Source: an uncultured Alphaproteobacteria bacterium (GTDB lineage Bacteria; Pseudomonadota; Alphaproteobacteria; Rhizobiales; Methyloligellaceae). Taken from it: a DNA stretch of 64,000 nucleotides. A model generated the notes under the pieces. That model ran no database searches. It saw nothing but the letters and a program-made list of their open reading frames with translations, and was not told the DNA's origin. Positions 1-10,984 of this stretch are shown here, in pieces (position 1 is the first letter of the stretch; each line of letters starts with the position of its first letter). The position numbers were made by a program, and so were the translations under genes. The stretch lies in assembly GCA_963786425.1 (NCBI GenBank), contig CAWAZB010000001.1, forward strand, positions 672,254 to 736,253, written 5' to 3'.

Positions 1-2
1 CC

Positions 3-251
3 CACTTCGAAATCCTCGTGCAGAAACACGACGCCTTCATAGACGCTGACCTTGCCCTTCCCGTAATGGATCGGGTCGCTCGGATTTGCGTGAATGAACT
101 CGCCCGTGGCGACGAGCCTGCCGCGTTCGCTTGCCGCAAGCTGCTCGGCGGATTCCGGCGGCGGAAAGATGAAGGGGAAGAGGAAGAAACCGACGGCCAC
201 ACCGAAAGCGGTGCCGAACACAGCGCCGAGCAGGAAGGCGAGCAGCCATAG
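3..251 (+). CDS. 3' end of a hypothetical protein entering from outside the window
   Basis: Open frame from base 3 (HFEILVQKHD...) to TAG at 249-251, acidic tail; no family recognised. Confidence 0.35.
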   Translation, partial: HFEILVQKHDAFIDADLALPVMDRVARICVNELARGDEPAAFACRKLLGGFRRRKDEGEEEETDGHTESGAEHSAEQEGEQP

Positions 252-332
252 ACGCATGCGAGACTCCGGGGATCGATCCAACCGGAGCGTGCCACAAAAC
301 CGAGCCTTGGCGAAGTCCCGGCCGGTGCTCGC

Positions 333-602
333 CTAATGCAGCTGAAGCTCACCCTCGACGAAGCAGAACTCGGCCGGCGAGATCAGCTTCCGATGCTCCA
401 CGCGAACGCGGAACAGCCTCCCGTCGAGATTTGCATGCCAAAAATCGAGAAAGTCGGTGAGCTTTGGAAAGCGGGGCGCGAGGTCGTAATCCTGCCAAAG
501 ATAGCTCTGCAGCAGTCTTGGATGGTCGGGTAGGCGGTAAAGGATCTCGGCCGTCGTCAAAGAAAACCCTTCGAGCTGGCGAAGGAAGGCATTGTCGGTC
601 AT
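333..602 (-). CDS. usg: Usg family protein
   Basis: LTTAEILYRLPDHP..LQSYLWQDYDLAPRFPKL..FLDFW motif; divergent from groES. Confidence 0.85.
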   Translation of the reverse strand: MTDNAFLRQLEGFSLTTAEILYRLPDHPRLLQSYLWQDYDLAPRFPKLTDFLDFWHANLDGRLFRVRVEHRKLISPAEFCFVEGELQLH

Positions 603-723
603 GACGTCCCCCTGCTGGCCGTTGTTCTTATGGAACAAATGCTATGCCCGGCCCGAGGTTGCGTCCAGCCAATTACCCTTTAAAATCATGTCATTAGCAG
701 CACACCGTGAACTTTGCTAATGG

Positions 724-750
724 TTGGCACTCGCCCCTTGAAAGTGCTAA
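724..750 (+). promoter_or_regulatory. CIRCE element (HrcA operator)
   Basis: TTGGCACTC-N9-AAGTGCTAA versus consensus TTAGCACTC-N9-GAGTGCTAA (2 mismatches), upstream of groES. Confidence 0.9.
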
Positions 751-828
751 TTGCCAACCGTAAATACGCGCGCGGGGAGGTGCTTTCGAGGCCTCCGCCG
801 CTCCCATAAAGCTTTGGAGGAGATCGAC

Positions 829-1143
829 ATGAAATTCCGTCCCTTGCACGACCGTGTTGTCGTGCGCCGCATCGAAGAGGACGAGAGAAGCAGAGGCGGC
901 ATCATCATTCCCGATACCGCTAAGGAAAAGCCCCAGCAGGGCGAGATTGTCGCCGTAGGTCCCGGCGCCCGGGACGAGAAGGGCGAGATTCAGCCGCTCG
1001 ACGTCAAACCCGGCGACCGCATCCTCTTCGGAAAATGGTCCGGCACCGAGGTGAAGATCGACGGCGAAGAGCTGCTCATCATGAAAGAGAGCGACATCCT
1101 TGGCGTCCTCGAAGGAGCCGCCGCGAAAAAGAAGGCCGCCTAA
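829..1143 (+). CDS. groES: Co-chaperonin GroES
   Basis: [28 protein letters not shown]; GGAGG RBS. Confidence 0.99.
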   Translation: MKFRPLHDRVVVRRIEEDERSRGGIIIPDTAKEKPQQGEIVAVGPGARDEKGEIQPLDVKPGDRILFGKWSGTEVKIDGEELLIMKESDILGVLEGAAAKKKAA

Positions 1144-2814
<1,671 letters not shown>

Positions 2815-2842
2815 TCGAGTAGCGTTGCGTCTCGCGTAAACG

Positions 2843-2876
2843 AAGGGCCGTGCCTTAAGGGGTGCGGCCCTTTTTT
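2843..2876 (+). terminator. Rho-independent terminator of groESL
   Basis: GGGCCG...CGGCCC stem followed by TTTTTT. Confidence 0.85.
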
Positions 2877-2993
2877 CGTTTGTCTAGAGAACCACGTCAT
2901 CCGGGCTTCACCCGGCAAATCCAGGGCCGCTTACTCCGAGTCCGATGTCGCGGATGGCGCAGCCATAACGAGGAGCGATCATTGTCTGGAGGG

Positions 2994-3794
2994 ATGAACC
3001 AAGGACAGATCCGCGTCGGTGTCGGCGGCTGGCTCTATGCTCCGTGGCGCGGCGTTTTCTATCCGAAAGGCCTCAAGCAAGCCGACGAGCTCGCCTATGC
3101 GGCGAGCAAACTGACAAGCATCGAGATCAACGCCACGCATTACCGCCTGCAAAGCCCATCCTCCTTCCGCAAATGGGCGGCCGCGACCCCGGAGGGTTTT
3201 AAATTTTCGCTGAAGGGACCGCGCATCGTCACCAACAGCAAGGCGCTTGCCGAGACCGGCGGCTTCGTCGACCGTTTCGTGCGCTCCGGTCTCTTGGAGC
3301 TCGGCGATAAGCTCGGACCGATCCTCTGGCAGCTGCCGCCCTTCAAGCGTTTCGACACCGATGAGATCGGGAAATTTCTTTCAATCCTTCCGCGCGAGCT
3401 GGATGGCGTTCCTTTCCGTCACGTCCTGGAGGTGCGCCATCGCAGCTTCGCGACGCCGGACTTCGTTCGTCTGCTGCGCGATGAGGGTGTCGCGGTCGCT
3501 TATACCGATGCACGAGATTGGCCCAACATCCCCGATATCACCGGCGATGTCGTCTATGCGCGATTGCAGCAGGGCGACGACGCACTGGAGACGGCCTATC
3601 CGGGGTCCGATCTCGATGCCTGGGCCGGACGCGCTAAAATCTTTGCCGGCGGCGACATTCCGCCGGACCTGCAACCTCTCGCATCAGCCAAAGCCGATCC
3701 GCGGCCGCGCGACGTGTTCATGTATTTCATCCATGAGGGAAAGCTGCGGGCGCCCGCCGCGGCCATGGCACTAATCGATCGCGTGAAGGGCTAG
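2994..3794 (+). CDS. DUF72 family protein
   Basis: IRVGVGGWLYAPWRGVFYP, SIEINATHY, LGPILWQLPP, EVRHRSF motifs. Confidence 0.9.
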   Translation: MNQGQIRVGVGGWLYAPWRGVFYPKGLKQADELAYAASKLTSIEINATHYRLQSPSSFRKWAAATPEGFKFSLKGPRIVTNSKALAETGGFVDRFVRSGLLELGDKLGPILWQLPPFKRFDTDEIGKFLSILPRELDGVPFRHVLEVRHRSFATPDFVRLLRDEGVAVAYTDARDWPNIPDITGDVVYARLQQGDDALETAYPGSDLDAWAGRAKIFAGGDIPPDLQPLASAKADPRPRDVFMYFIHEGKLRAPAAAMALIDRVKG

Positions 3795-3810
3795 CAATCG
3801 CGGCGCAGTT

Positions 3811-5057
3811 CTAGTCCTCGGCGATGGCTTTGGCCCTTGCGAGAAGCGTCTCCCGGCTCGCGGCAAAATCCCCATCGAGCCAATGCTCCTCGAGGCGCTG
3901 CAGCGCGTGCCCTATGGCGGGGCCTTCGAAGCCCGAGCGCGGCGAGATCGCTTCCGCGCAGGGGAAATGCGGGCGGCTGCCAACGGTCGGGCAGCGCATA
4001 GGCTTCCCGCCACGCGGCATCCTCCGCCGGCGCGGATAGAGACCAGGAGAGCAGCAGCGCAGGGCGGTACTTGTCTTCAAGGCGATACAGCGCGCGCTTG
4101 CCAGCCTTTTCGGCGGGAAGGCCGGGCAGTTGGCGAGCGGCAAGGGCAAGCGTCCCGCGATCGGCGTTCGAGAGGCGAAGGCGCTGCGAGATCCGCATCG
4201 CATCCTCCTCGACGAAAACCGCAAGGGCGGCGAGGCGGAGCGCAGCGTCAGGCTCGAGCGCCAAGGACGGACTCGATCCTGGCAATGGCCTCGAAACGCG
4301 AAAGCCGCGGCACCCCACCGAGCAATTCCGTGAGGAGGCCATAATCGTAGAGGGCGCGGATAGCGGAGGCCGCGCGCGGCGCGACGAGGATGCGCTTCAG
4401 CTCGCCGGAAACCCGCTCGGCGGAGAGCTGCCGGAGGCCATCGCGCAATGTCACGGAAGCGCGGAGGCCCTCCGCATCCATCGGCCCTCTTCCGTAATAA
4501 GCGTGGAAGCGGAAGAAGCGGAGGATCCGCAAGAAGTCTTCCTCGATGCGCGCCTCGGCGCTGCCGATGAAGCGCACCCGCCCTTGCATAAGATCGTCGA
4601 GGCCACCGAGCGGGTCGAAAACTGTGCCGTGTCTGTCGGCATAGAGCGCGTTGAGGGTGAAATCGCGCCGGCTCGCGTCTTCTTCGAAAGAGCGCGTGAA
4701 GGCGACCTTGGCATGCCGCCCGAAGGTCTCGACGTCCTGCCGAAGCGTCGTCACTTGGAAAGGGACACCCTTCGCAATCAATGTGACGGTTCCGTGCTGC
4801 AACCCTGTGGGAACAGCCTTTAGCCCCGCTTCCGCCGCGAGCGAAAGCACCCGCTCCGGCAGTGCCGTCGTCGCGATGTCGATTTCTGTCACCGGACGTC
4901 CGAGCAGCGCATCCCGCACCGCCCCGCCGACGGCGCGCGTCTCGATATCGCCGCCGCTCAGCGCGTCGAAGACAGCCTTCGTCTCTTCTCGCTCGAGCCA
5001 TTCGGCATGTTCGAGCGAAACGGCTTTCGAAGGCCGGGCGGCGTCAGGCTCAGACAT
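3811..5057 (-). CDS. cca: CCA tRNA nucleotidyltransferase / poly(A) polymerase family, with two apparent frameshifts (~4260, ~3935)
   Basis: VGGAVRD, EIDIAT, DASRRDFTLNALY, EDFLRILRFFRF; product continues in two other frames (EPDAALRLAAL..., GFEGPAIGHALQRLEEHW). Confidence 0.85.
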
Positions 5058-5066
5058 CGTTGGTCG

Positions 5067-5327
5067 CTATTCGATGGTTCCGGGGCGGATCACACCATTC
5101 TCGGTGACCGGCGGCCGGTAGGTGCCTCCTGGCTTCCCTCCGGAATAGGAGATCAGCGTCGCCATCGCCACGAGAAGCAATCCCAGCCCGCCGGCAACCA
5201 GCCACACATAGGGTGCGGATTGCCACAGATCCGCAGGCGCCACCTTCCTCACCATGATCATGTAAATCGCATAGATCAGGAAGGGCAGCGCAAAGACGAT
5301 GATATCGATCAGGGCGATGCGTAGCAT
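5067..5327 (-). CDS. DUF6111-like small membrane protein
   Basis: Two hydrophobic segments and GGTYRPPVTENGVIRPG tail; usual neighbour of cca in alphaproteobacteria. Confidence 0.7.
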   Translation of the reverse strand: MLRIALIDIIVFALPFLIYAIYMIMVRKVAPADLWQSAPYVWLVAGGLGLLLVAMATLISYSGGKPGGTYRPPVTENGVIRPGTIE

Positions 5328-5411
5328 TCGCGTGGTCGGCCCTCCTTTTGGCCCGCGGGCAATAGAACGGCCGCAATCATCTTCCGCTGGAGACGCCGGC
5401 GCAACCGAAGC

Positions 5412-5990
5412 TTAGCTTTCGCGCTTGTCCTCTGGTCCGGCCGGAAACGAAAAGAACATGCCGCCGCTCCAGACGCCGGGCCGCTCTCCGGCTTCCGTCC
5501 CCTCCTCGGTCCCGGAAGCGACGAGCTCATAATAGACCGGCCGGGTGAGGCGCGCCTTCAATCCATTCTTGACGAGGATGTAGGGGGTGAGTGCGCCCTC
5601 GGCGTCCTCGCGGAACTCGATCGGGTGGTCGGGCCCCGCTTCGACGCTCTCGCCGAGATTCGTGGTGAAGGAGAGACGCTGGTCGTTGCCCTTGCCGGTA
5701 CGCTCCATGGCGACGGCAAGGAAGGGCGCGTCTTCGACCTCGATCACGACCTTTTCGACGGGCGTTACGAGATAATAGCGGCCGTCCTCCTCGAGCCTCA
5801 GCACGGAGGCGAACAGCTTGACGAGCGGCAGGCGCGAGATGGGGCTCCCCTGGTAATACCATGTGCCATCCCGGCCGATGCTGAGGCCGATATCCCCACA
5901 ATCTTGTGGTTTTGGGCGATTTTCGCGGCTAGATCTGCCTTTCAGCGAGTCCAGCGCCGCCACTACCTCCTTGTTGTTTCGGCCGGTCAT
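5412..5990 (-). CDS. DUF1285 family protein
   Basis: CGDIGLSIGRDGTWYYQGSPI, YYLVTPVEKV, VEDAPFLAV motifs. Confidence 0.9.
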   Translation of the reverse strand: MTGRNNKEVVAALDSLKGRSSRENRPKPQDCGDIGLSIGRDGTWYYQGSPISRLPLVKLFASVLRLEEDGRYYLVTPVEKVVIEVEDAPFLAVAMERTGKGNDQRLSFTTNLGESVEAGPDHPIEFREDAEGALTPYILVKNGLKARLTRPVYYELVASGTEEGTEAGERPGVWSGGMFFSFPAGPEDKRES

Positions 5991-6168
5991 CTTGAGCCCT
6001 TTGCGGCTTCCTCCTACGTAATGCGCCGGTGCACGTCGAATGGCGAAAGTGCCCGTGGAACCAACACTATTGTGACTGCCTTGGCATGCGAAGTGCTCTT
6101 CCCTGCCAATCCTCAGGGCCTATAGTTCCCCTCTCTTCAGCCGCGAGCAAACGAGCAAAAAGGCGATC

Positions 6169-7167
6169 ATGACCACCCTTGCCAGTTCGGATAACCAGCT
6201 CATCGACCGTATCGACGAGATCGGCGCGAAAATCGAAAGCGTGCATCAGGCCACGGCTTCGAGCATTTTCGGCCAGGACAAGGTCATTGAGCTTGCCCTG
6301 ATCACGCTTTTGTCGGGCGGCCATGCGCTTTTGATCGGCGTGCCGGGGCTCGCCAAGACGAGCCTCGTCGAAGCACTCGGTTCCGTGCTTGGCCTGCAAA
6401 ATAAGCGCATCCAATTCACGCCCGACCTGATGCCCTCCGACATCGTCGGTTCAGAAGTGCTGGAAGAGGGAACCGGCGGCAAGCGGAGCTTCCGTTTCGT
6501 CGAGGGGCCGGTCTTCACCCAGCTCTTGATGGCGGACGAGATCAACCGCGCCAGTCCGAAGACCCAATCGGCGCTGCTGCAGGCGATGCAGGAGCATCAC
6601 GTGACTGTCGCCGGCGTACGGCACGAGGTGCCGCGGCCATTTCACGTGCTGGCGACGCAGAATCCGCTCGAGCAGGAAGGCACCTATCCCCTCCCCGAGG
6701 CGCAGCTCGACCGTTTCCTCTTGCAGATCGATGTCAGCTATCCGGACGAGGCGGCTGAGCGGCGTATGCTATTCGCCACAACCGGCGTCGAGGACCGATC
6801 GTTGAAGACCATCCTCTCCGCCGAAGAACTCATGCTTGCGCAGCGCCTCGTGCGTCAGCTGCCGGTCGGCGACCAGGTCGTCGATGCCATCCTGAAGCTC
6901 GTGCGCTCGGCGCGGCCCGGCACGGGCATCAATCAGGAGCTTGAAGACCTCATCGCTTGGGGTCCCGGTCCGCGGGCGAGCCAAGCATTGATGCTGGCGG
7001 TACGCGCCAAGGCCCTTATCGACGGACGCTTGGCGCCTTCGGTCGATGACGTTGTCGAACTCGCCGAGCCGGTGCTGAAGCACCGCATGGCCTTGACCTT
7101 TGCCGCTCGCGCCGAGGGCTTGCAGATCAGCGACCTCGTGGCGAAGCTGGTGCAGCCGCTGGGGTAA
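6169..7167 (+). CDS. MoxR-family AAA+ ATPase
   Basis: GVPGLAKT (Walker A), RIQFTPDLMPSD, LMADEINRASPKTQSALL, ATQNPLEQEGTYPLPEAQLDRF. Confidence 0.95.
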   Translation: MTTLASSDNQLIDRIDEIGAKIESVHQATASSIFGQDKVIELALITLLSGGHALLIGVPGLAKTSLVEALGSVLGLQNKRIQFTPDLMPSDIVGSEVLEEGTGGKRSFRFVEGPVFTQLLMADEINRASPKTQSALLQAMQEHHVTVAGVRHEVPRPFHVLATQNPLEQEGTYPLPEAQLDRFLLQIDVSYPDEAAERRMLFATTGVEDRSLKTILSAEELMLAQRLVRQLPVGDQVVDAILKLVRSARPGTGINQELEDLIAWGPGPRASQALMLAVRAKALIDGRLAPSVDDVVELAEPVLKHRMALTFAARAEGLQISDLVAKLVQPLG

Positions 7168-7175
7168 TTCGCGAC

Positions 7176-8120
7176 TTGGCAAAAATCGACGAGAGACGGC
7201 GCCATCCCTTTCCGGACGAGGAGCCAGAAGCGCATGCGCTCGCCGCGCGCATGCCGGCTCTCCTCGTGCAGGCGCAGCGTGTCGCTCACACCGTCGAGCA
7301 CGGCACGCATGGGCGGCGCCGAGGCGGCCCTGGCGAGACCTTCTGGCAATTCCGGCATTTCGATTACAACGACGCCCGTTCGGGAATCGATTGGCGGCGC
7401 TCGGCGAGCTCGGATCAATTGTTCATCCGCGAGCGGGAATGGGAGGCGGCGCACACTTTTTGGCTTTGGGTGGACCTGTCTCCCTCGATGAAATTCCGGT
7501 CTTTTCTGTCGAAGACGACGAAGGAAAGCCGCGCCATCCTTCTGTCGCTTGCGCTCGCCGAGCTTCTCTCCAATGGCGGCGAACGCGTCGGCGTGCTCGG
7601 CAGCCGTCCCTATACGGGCCGCAGTGCCAGCCGCCGCATTGCCGAGTTCATGCTCGGGGAGTCTGAGCGAGCGACGAGCCTGCCTCCCGCTGCGAGGTTG
7701 AGCCGTTTCAGCGAATGCCTCTTCTTCAGCGATTTTCTCGAGCCCGTGGACGAGACCTTGGCCCGGCTGGAATCGATCGCGGCGCAGGGCGTGAAGGGCC
7801 ATCTTGTGCAGATCCTGGATCCGGCGGAGGAGACCCTTCCCTATTCCGGGCGGACGGAGTTTGCCGCGAGCGAAGGCCGCGACCGCGTCATCGCCGGCCG
7901 CGCCGAGACCTTACGCGAGCGCTATCAGGAACGCATGCAGGCGCATCGGCGCGATCTTGCCGCGGGCCTCCGCCGTCTTGGCTGGACCTTCCTGACGCAT
8001 CACACCGACCGTCCGGCGGAGGAGATCCTTCTTTCGCTCTATAGCCGGCTCGCTGGACTCGGACGCGACTATCGCTACCGCGCCCCTGCGGCGATTTCCG
8101 CTACGAGCGGGGCCCGCTGA
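7176..8120 (+). CDS. DUF58 (vWA-associated) protein
   Basis: GPGETFWQFRHF..D..IDWRRSA, LWVDLSPSM; follows MoxR; TTG start. Confidence 0.9.
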   Translation: MAKIDERRRHPFPDEEPEAHALAARMPALLVQAQRVAHTVEHGTHGRRRGGPGETFWQFRHFDYNDARSGIDWRRSASSDQLFIREREWEAAHTFWLWVDLSPSMKFRSFLSKTTKESRAILLSLALAELLSNGGERVGVLGSRPYTGRSASRRIAEFMLGESERATSLPPAARLSRFSECLFFSDFLEPVDETLARLESIAAQGVKGHLVQILDPAEETLPYSGRTEFAASEGRDRVIAGRAETLRERYQERMQAHRRDLAAGLRRLGWTFLTHHTDRPAEEILLSLYSRLAGLGRDYRYRAPAAISATSGAR

Positions 8121-10981
8121 TGCTCAGCCTCGGAGCGGTCGGCTTCCTGCAGCCATGGCTTCTGCTCGGTCTTGCCGCGCTGCCGGCGATCTGGTGGCTG
8201 TTACGTTTTACGCCGCCGCGGCCACAACATGTCGTTTTTCCGCCAACACGGCTGCTCAAGGATCTGAAAACGACTGAAGAGACGCCGGCGCACAGCCCTT
8301 GGTGGCTGACGGTGCTCCGGATGCTTCTCGCCGCGCTCATAATTTTCGCGCTGGCCCGGCCGGTGTTGAACCCGGACGCGCAGGCGCTGCCCGGCACGGG
8401 CACTTTGCTGCTCGTCATCGACAATGGCTGGGCCTCGGCCTCGCATTGGGCGGAGCGGCGCGAGGCCATCGAGGCCGCAATCGACAAGGCCGGACAAGAT
8501 GGCAGGCCCGTCATCCTTGCGCCGACGGCCCCCGGCGAGCCGCTGATCGGCCCGCATGGCGCGGATCAAGCAAGAGAGCGAGCGGCCGGCATCGCCCCGC
8601 AGCCCTACGCACCGGACCGGCAGGCGCTGGCCGAAACATTGGAACGCGAGCTCAAGGATCCGGCCGGCTACAGCATCGTCTGGCTTTCGGACGGCCTCGA
8701 CCACGGCAAGTCCGCCGAGTTCGCCGAGCGGCTTTCGAAATTGGCCGGCACCGCCGCCAATCTGTCGGTGCTGCGGCCGGAAGGCGAGACGGCGCCGCTT
8801 GCCCTTGGTCCGGGGACCGGCGAGCGCAGCACGCTTGCCGCCCGCATCCTCAGCGGGACCGAGGGACCGCGCGCCGGAACGGTGCGGGCGCTCAGCAGCC
8901 GCGGCGAACCGCTCGGAGAATCGCCTTTCACAATCACGAGCGGCGCGCGCGAGGCGAAGGCGCAATTCGAGCTTCCCCTCGAAATCCGCAATCAAGTGTC
9001 GCGCATGGAAATCGCCGCCGAGCGCTCCGCCGGCGCCGTGCATCTTCTCGATGCGAGATCGGAATGGCGGCGTGTCGGCATCGTTTCAGGCGCCTCGCGG
9101 GAAGCCGCGCAGCCGCTGCTCTCTCCGCTCTATTACGTGCAGCGCGCGCTCGCGCCCTATGCCGACATCGTCACCTCTCCGGATGTGAATGTCGCGCGCG
9201 CCACGCATCAGCTGATCGAGGACAAAGTCTCGACCTTGGTGCTGGCCGATATCGGCAAGCTCGTGCCGGCAACGGTCGAGGAGCTCGAAGCCTGGCTGAA
9301 GGCCGGCGGTGTCTTGATCCGTTTCGCCGGCCCGCGCTTGGAGCAAGGCGGAGACGAACTGCTGCCTGTCGCTCTCCGGCGTGGTGGACGCTCGCTCGGC
9401 GGCTCGCTGTCCTGGAGCACGCCGCAAACTCTCGCGCCATTCGAGGAGTCGAGCCCCTATACCGGGCTCAAAATTCCCGAGGATGTCCGCGTGAGCCGGC
9501 AGGTGCTTGCAGATCCCAGCGTCTCCACCGAATCCGAGATATGGGCGACGCTTGCCGACGGCACCCCGCTCGTCACCGCCTCGCGTCAGGGGGAGGGCTG
9601 GATCGTCCTCTTCCACGTCACGGCGAATTCGGACTGGTCGAACCTCCCGCTCTCCGGTCTCTTCGTCGAGATGCTGCGGCGGACCGTAACAATGGGACCG
9701 AGCCGGGTTTCCCCCGAGCTTGCGGGACCGGCAGGCACGACTGCGGCGAAGGATAATGCGAGCCGTCCGAAGATCGAAGCTGCCGGCACCCTTCCGCCGG
9801 TTCAGACCTTGGACGGGTTCGGCCAGCTCGTACCGCCGCCGCCGGGCGCAGCGCCGCTCTCCTCCGAAACCATCGATGCCACCGTGCCGGGGCCCGATCA
9901 CCCTCCCGGCTATTACGGTCCGGCGAGTGCTCCGCGGGCGCTCAATCTCGTCAACGCCAAGACGGTGCTGAAGCCTCTCGGTTCGATCGCGGGGGCCGGA
10001 GCGACGAGCGGCTATGTCCTGCAAAAGCCGACGGCGCTTGAGCCATGGCTCTATCTCGCCGTGCTTGGGCTTTTTGCCATCGACGTCCTCGCCGTCATCC
10101 TACTCAGCTCTGGCTTCGGCATTTGGCGCCGGCGCGGCGCCATGGCGGCGGTCCTTCTGGCATTTGCCCTCATTCCGGCGCTGCACAATCCTGCGCAGGC
10201 GCAAAGCCCGGAGCCAGAAGCCAAGAAGGAAGCGCCGACGGGCGAAGATTTCGCGCTTGAGGCCTCACTCAAAACGCATCTTGCCTATGTAAAGACCGGC
10301 AACCCCGAGCTCGATGAGATCAGTCATCAAGGCCTCGTCGGACTAAGCAAGGTGCTGCAGGCGCGGACGGCGCTCGAACCCGCCGAACCCATGGGCGTCG
10401 ACATCGACAAGGACGAGCTGTCCTTCTTCCCGATTCTCTATTGGCCCGTGCGCCAAGATGCACAGCCTCTCTCCGACGCGACGCTCGCCAAGGTCGACGC
10501 CTTCATGAAGCAAGGCGGCATGATCATATTCGATACGCAGGACCATGACCGCTCATTCTCAGGCGGCCAGCAGAATCAATCACTGGTGAGATTGATCGGC
10601 CAGCTCGACATTCCCCCGCTGCAGCCGGTGTCGGAAGATCACGTTCTGACCAAATCCTTTTATCTGATGCGCACCTTCCCCGGACGCTGGGACGGCGGCA
10701 CCACCTGGGTCGAGGCCGAGCCAGCGGACGAGGCGGATCGCGCCGAGCGCGCGCGGCGCACCGATGGCGTCAGCTCCATCGTCATCACCTCGAACGACCT
10801 TGCCAGCGCCTGGGCGCTCAATTCAGGCAATCGCCCGCTTTATCCGGCTGTGCCGGGCGGCGAGGTGCAAAGGGAGATGGCATTCCGGGCAGGCGTCAAC
10901 CTCGTGATGTATGCGCTCACCGGAAACTACAAGGCCGACCAGGTGCATGTGCCGGCGCTTCTCGAGCGGTTGGGACAATAG
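8120..10981 (+). CDS. BatA N-terminal / DUF4159 membrane protein
   Basis: PWLLLGLAALPAIWWLLRFTPP N-terminus; RTALEPAEPMG...FRAGVNLVMYALTGNYKADQVH C-terminus. Confidence 0.9.
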   Translation: MLSLGAVGFLQPWLLLGLAALPAIWWLLRFTPPRPQHVVFPPTRLLKDLKTTEETPAHSPWWLTVLRMLLAALIIFALARPVLNPDAQALPGTGTLLLVIDNGWASASHWAERREAIEAAIDKAGQDGRPVILAPTAPGEPLIGPHGADQARERAAGIAPQPYAPDRQALAETLERELKDPAGYSIVWLSDGLDHGKSAEFAERLSKLAGTAANLSVLRPEGETAPLALGPGTGERSTLAARILSGTEGPRAGTVRALSSRGEPLGESPFTITSGAREAKAQFELPLEIRNQVSRMEIAAERSAGAVHLLDARSEWRRVGIVSGASREAAQPLLSPLYYVQRALAPYADIVTSPDVNVARATHQLIEDKVSTLVLADIGKLVPATVEELEAWLKAGGVLIRFAGPRLEQGGDELLPVALRRGGRSLGGSLSWSTPQTLAPFEESSPYTGLKIPEDVRVSRQVLADPSVSTESEIWATLADGTPLVTASRQGEGWIVLFHVTANSDWSNLPLSGLFVEMLRRTVTMGPSRVSPELAGPAGTTAAKDNASRPKIEAAGTLPPVQTLDGFGQLVPPPPGAAPLSSETIDATVPGPDHPPGYYGPASAPRALNLVNAKTVLKPLGSIAGAGATSGYVLQKPTALEPWLYLAVLGLFAIDVLAVILLSSGFGIWRRRGAMAAVLLAFALIPALHNPAQAQSPEPEAKKEAPTGEDFALEASLKTHLAYVKTGNPELDEISHQGLVGLSKVLQARTALEPAEPMGVDIDKDELSFFPILYWPVRQDAQPLSDATLAKVDAFMKQGGMIIFDTQDHDRSFSGGQQNQSLVRLIGQLDIPPLQPVSEDHVLTKSFYLMRTFPGRWDGGTTWVEAEPADEADRAERARRTDGVSSIVITSNDLASAWALNSGNRPLYPAVPGGEVQREMAFRAGVNLVMYALTGNYKADQVHVPALLERLGQ

Positions 10982-10984
10982 GCG

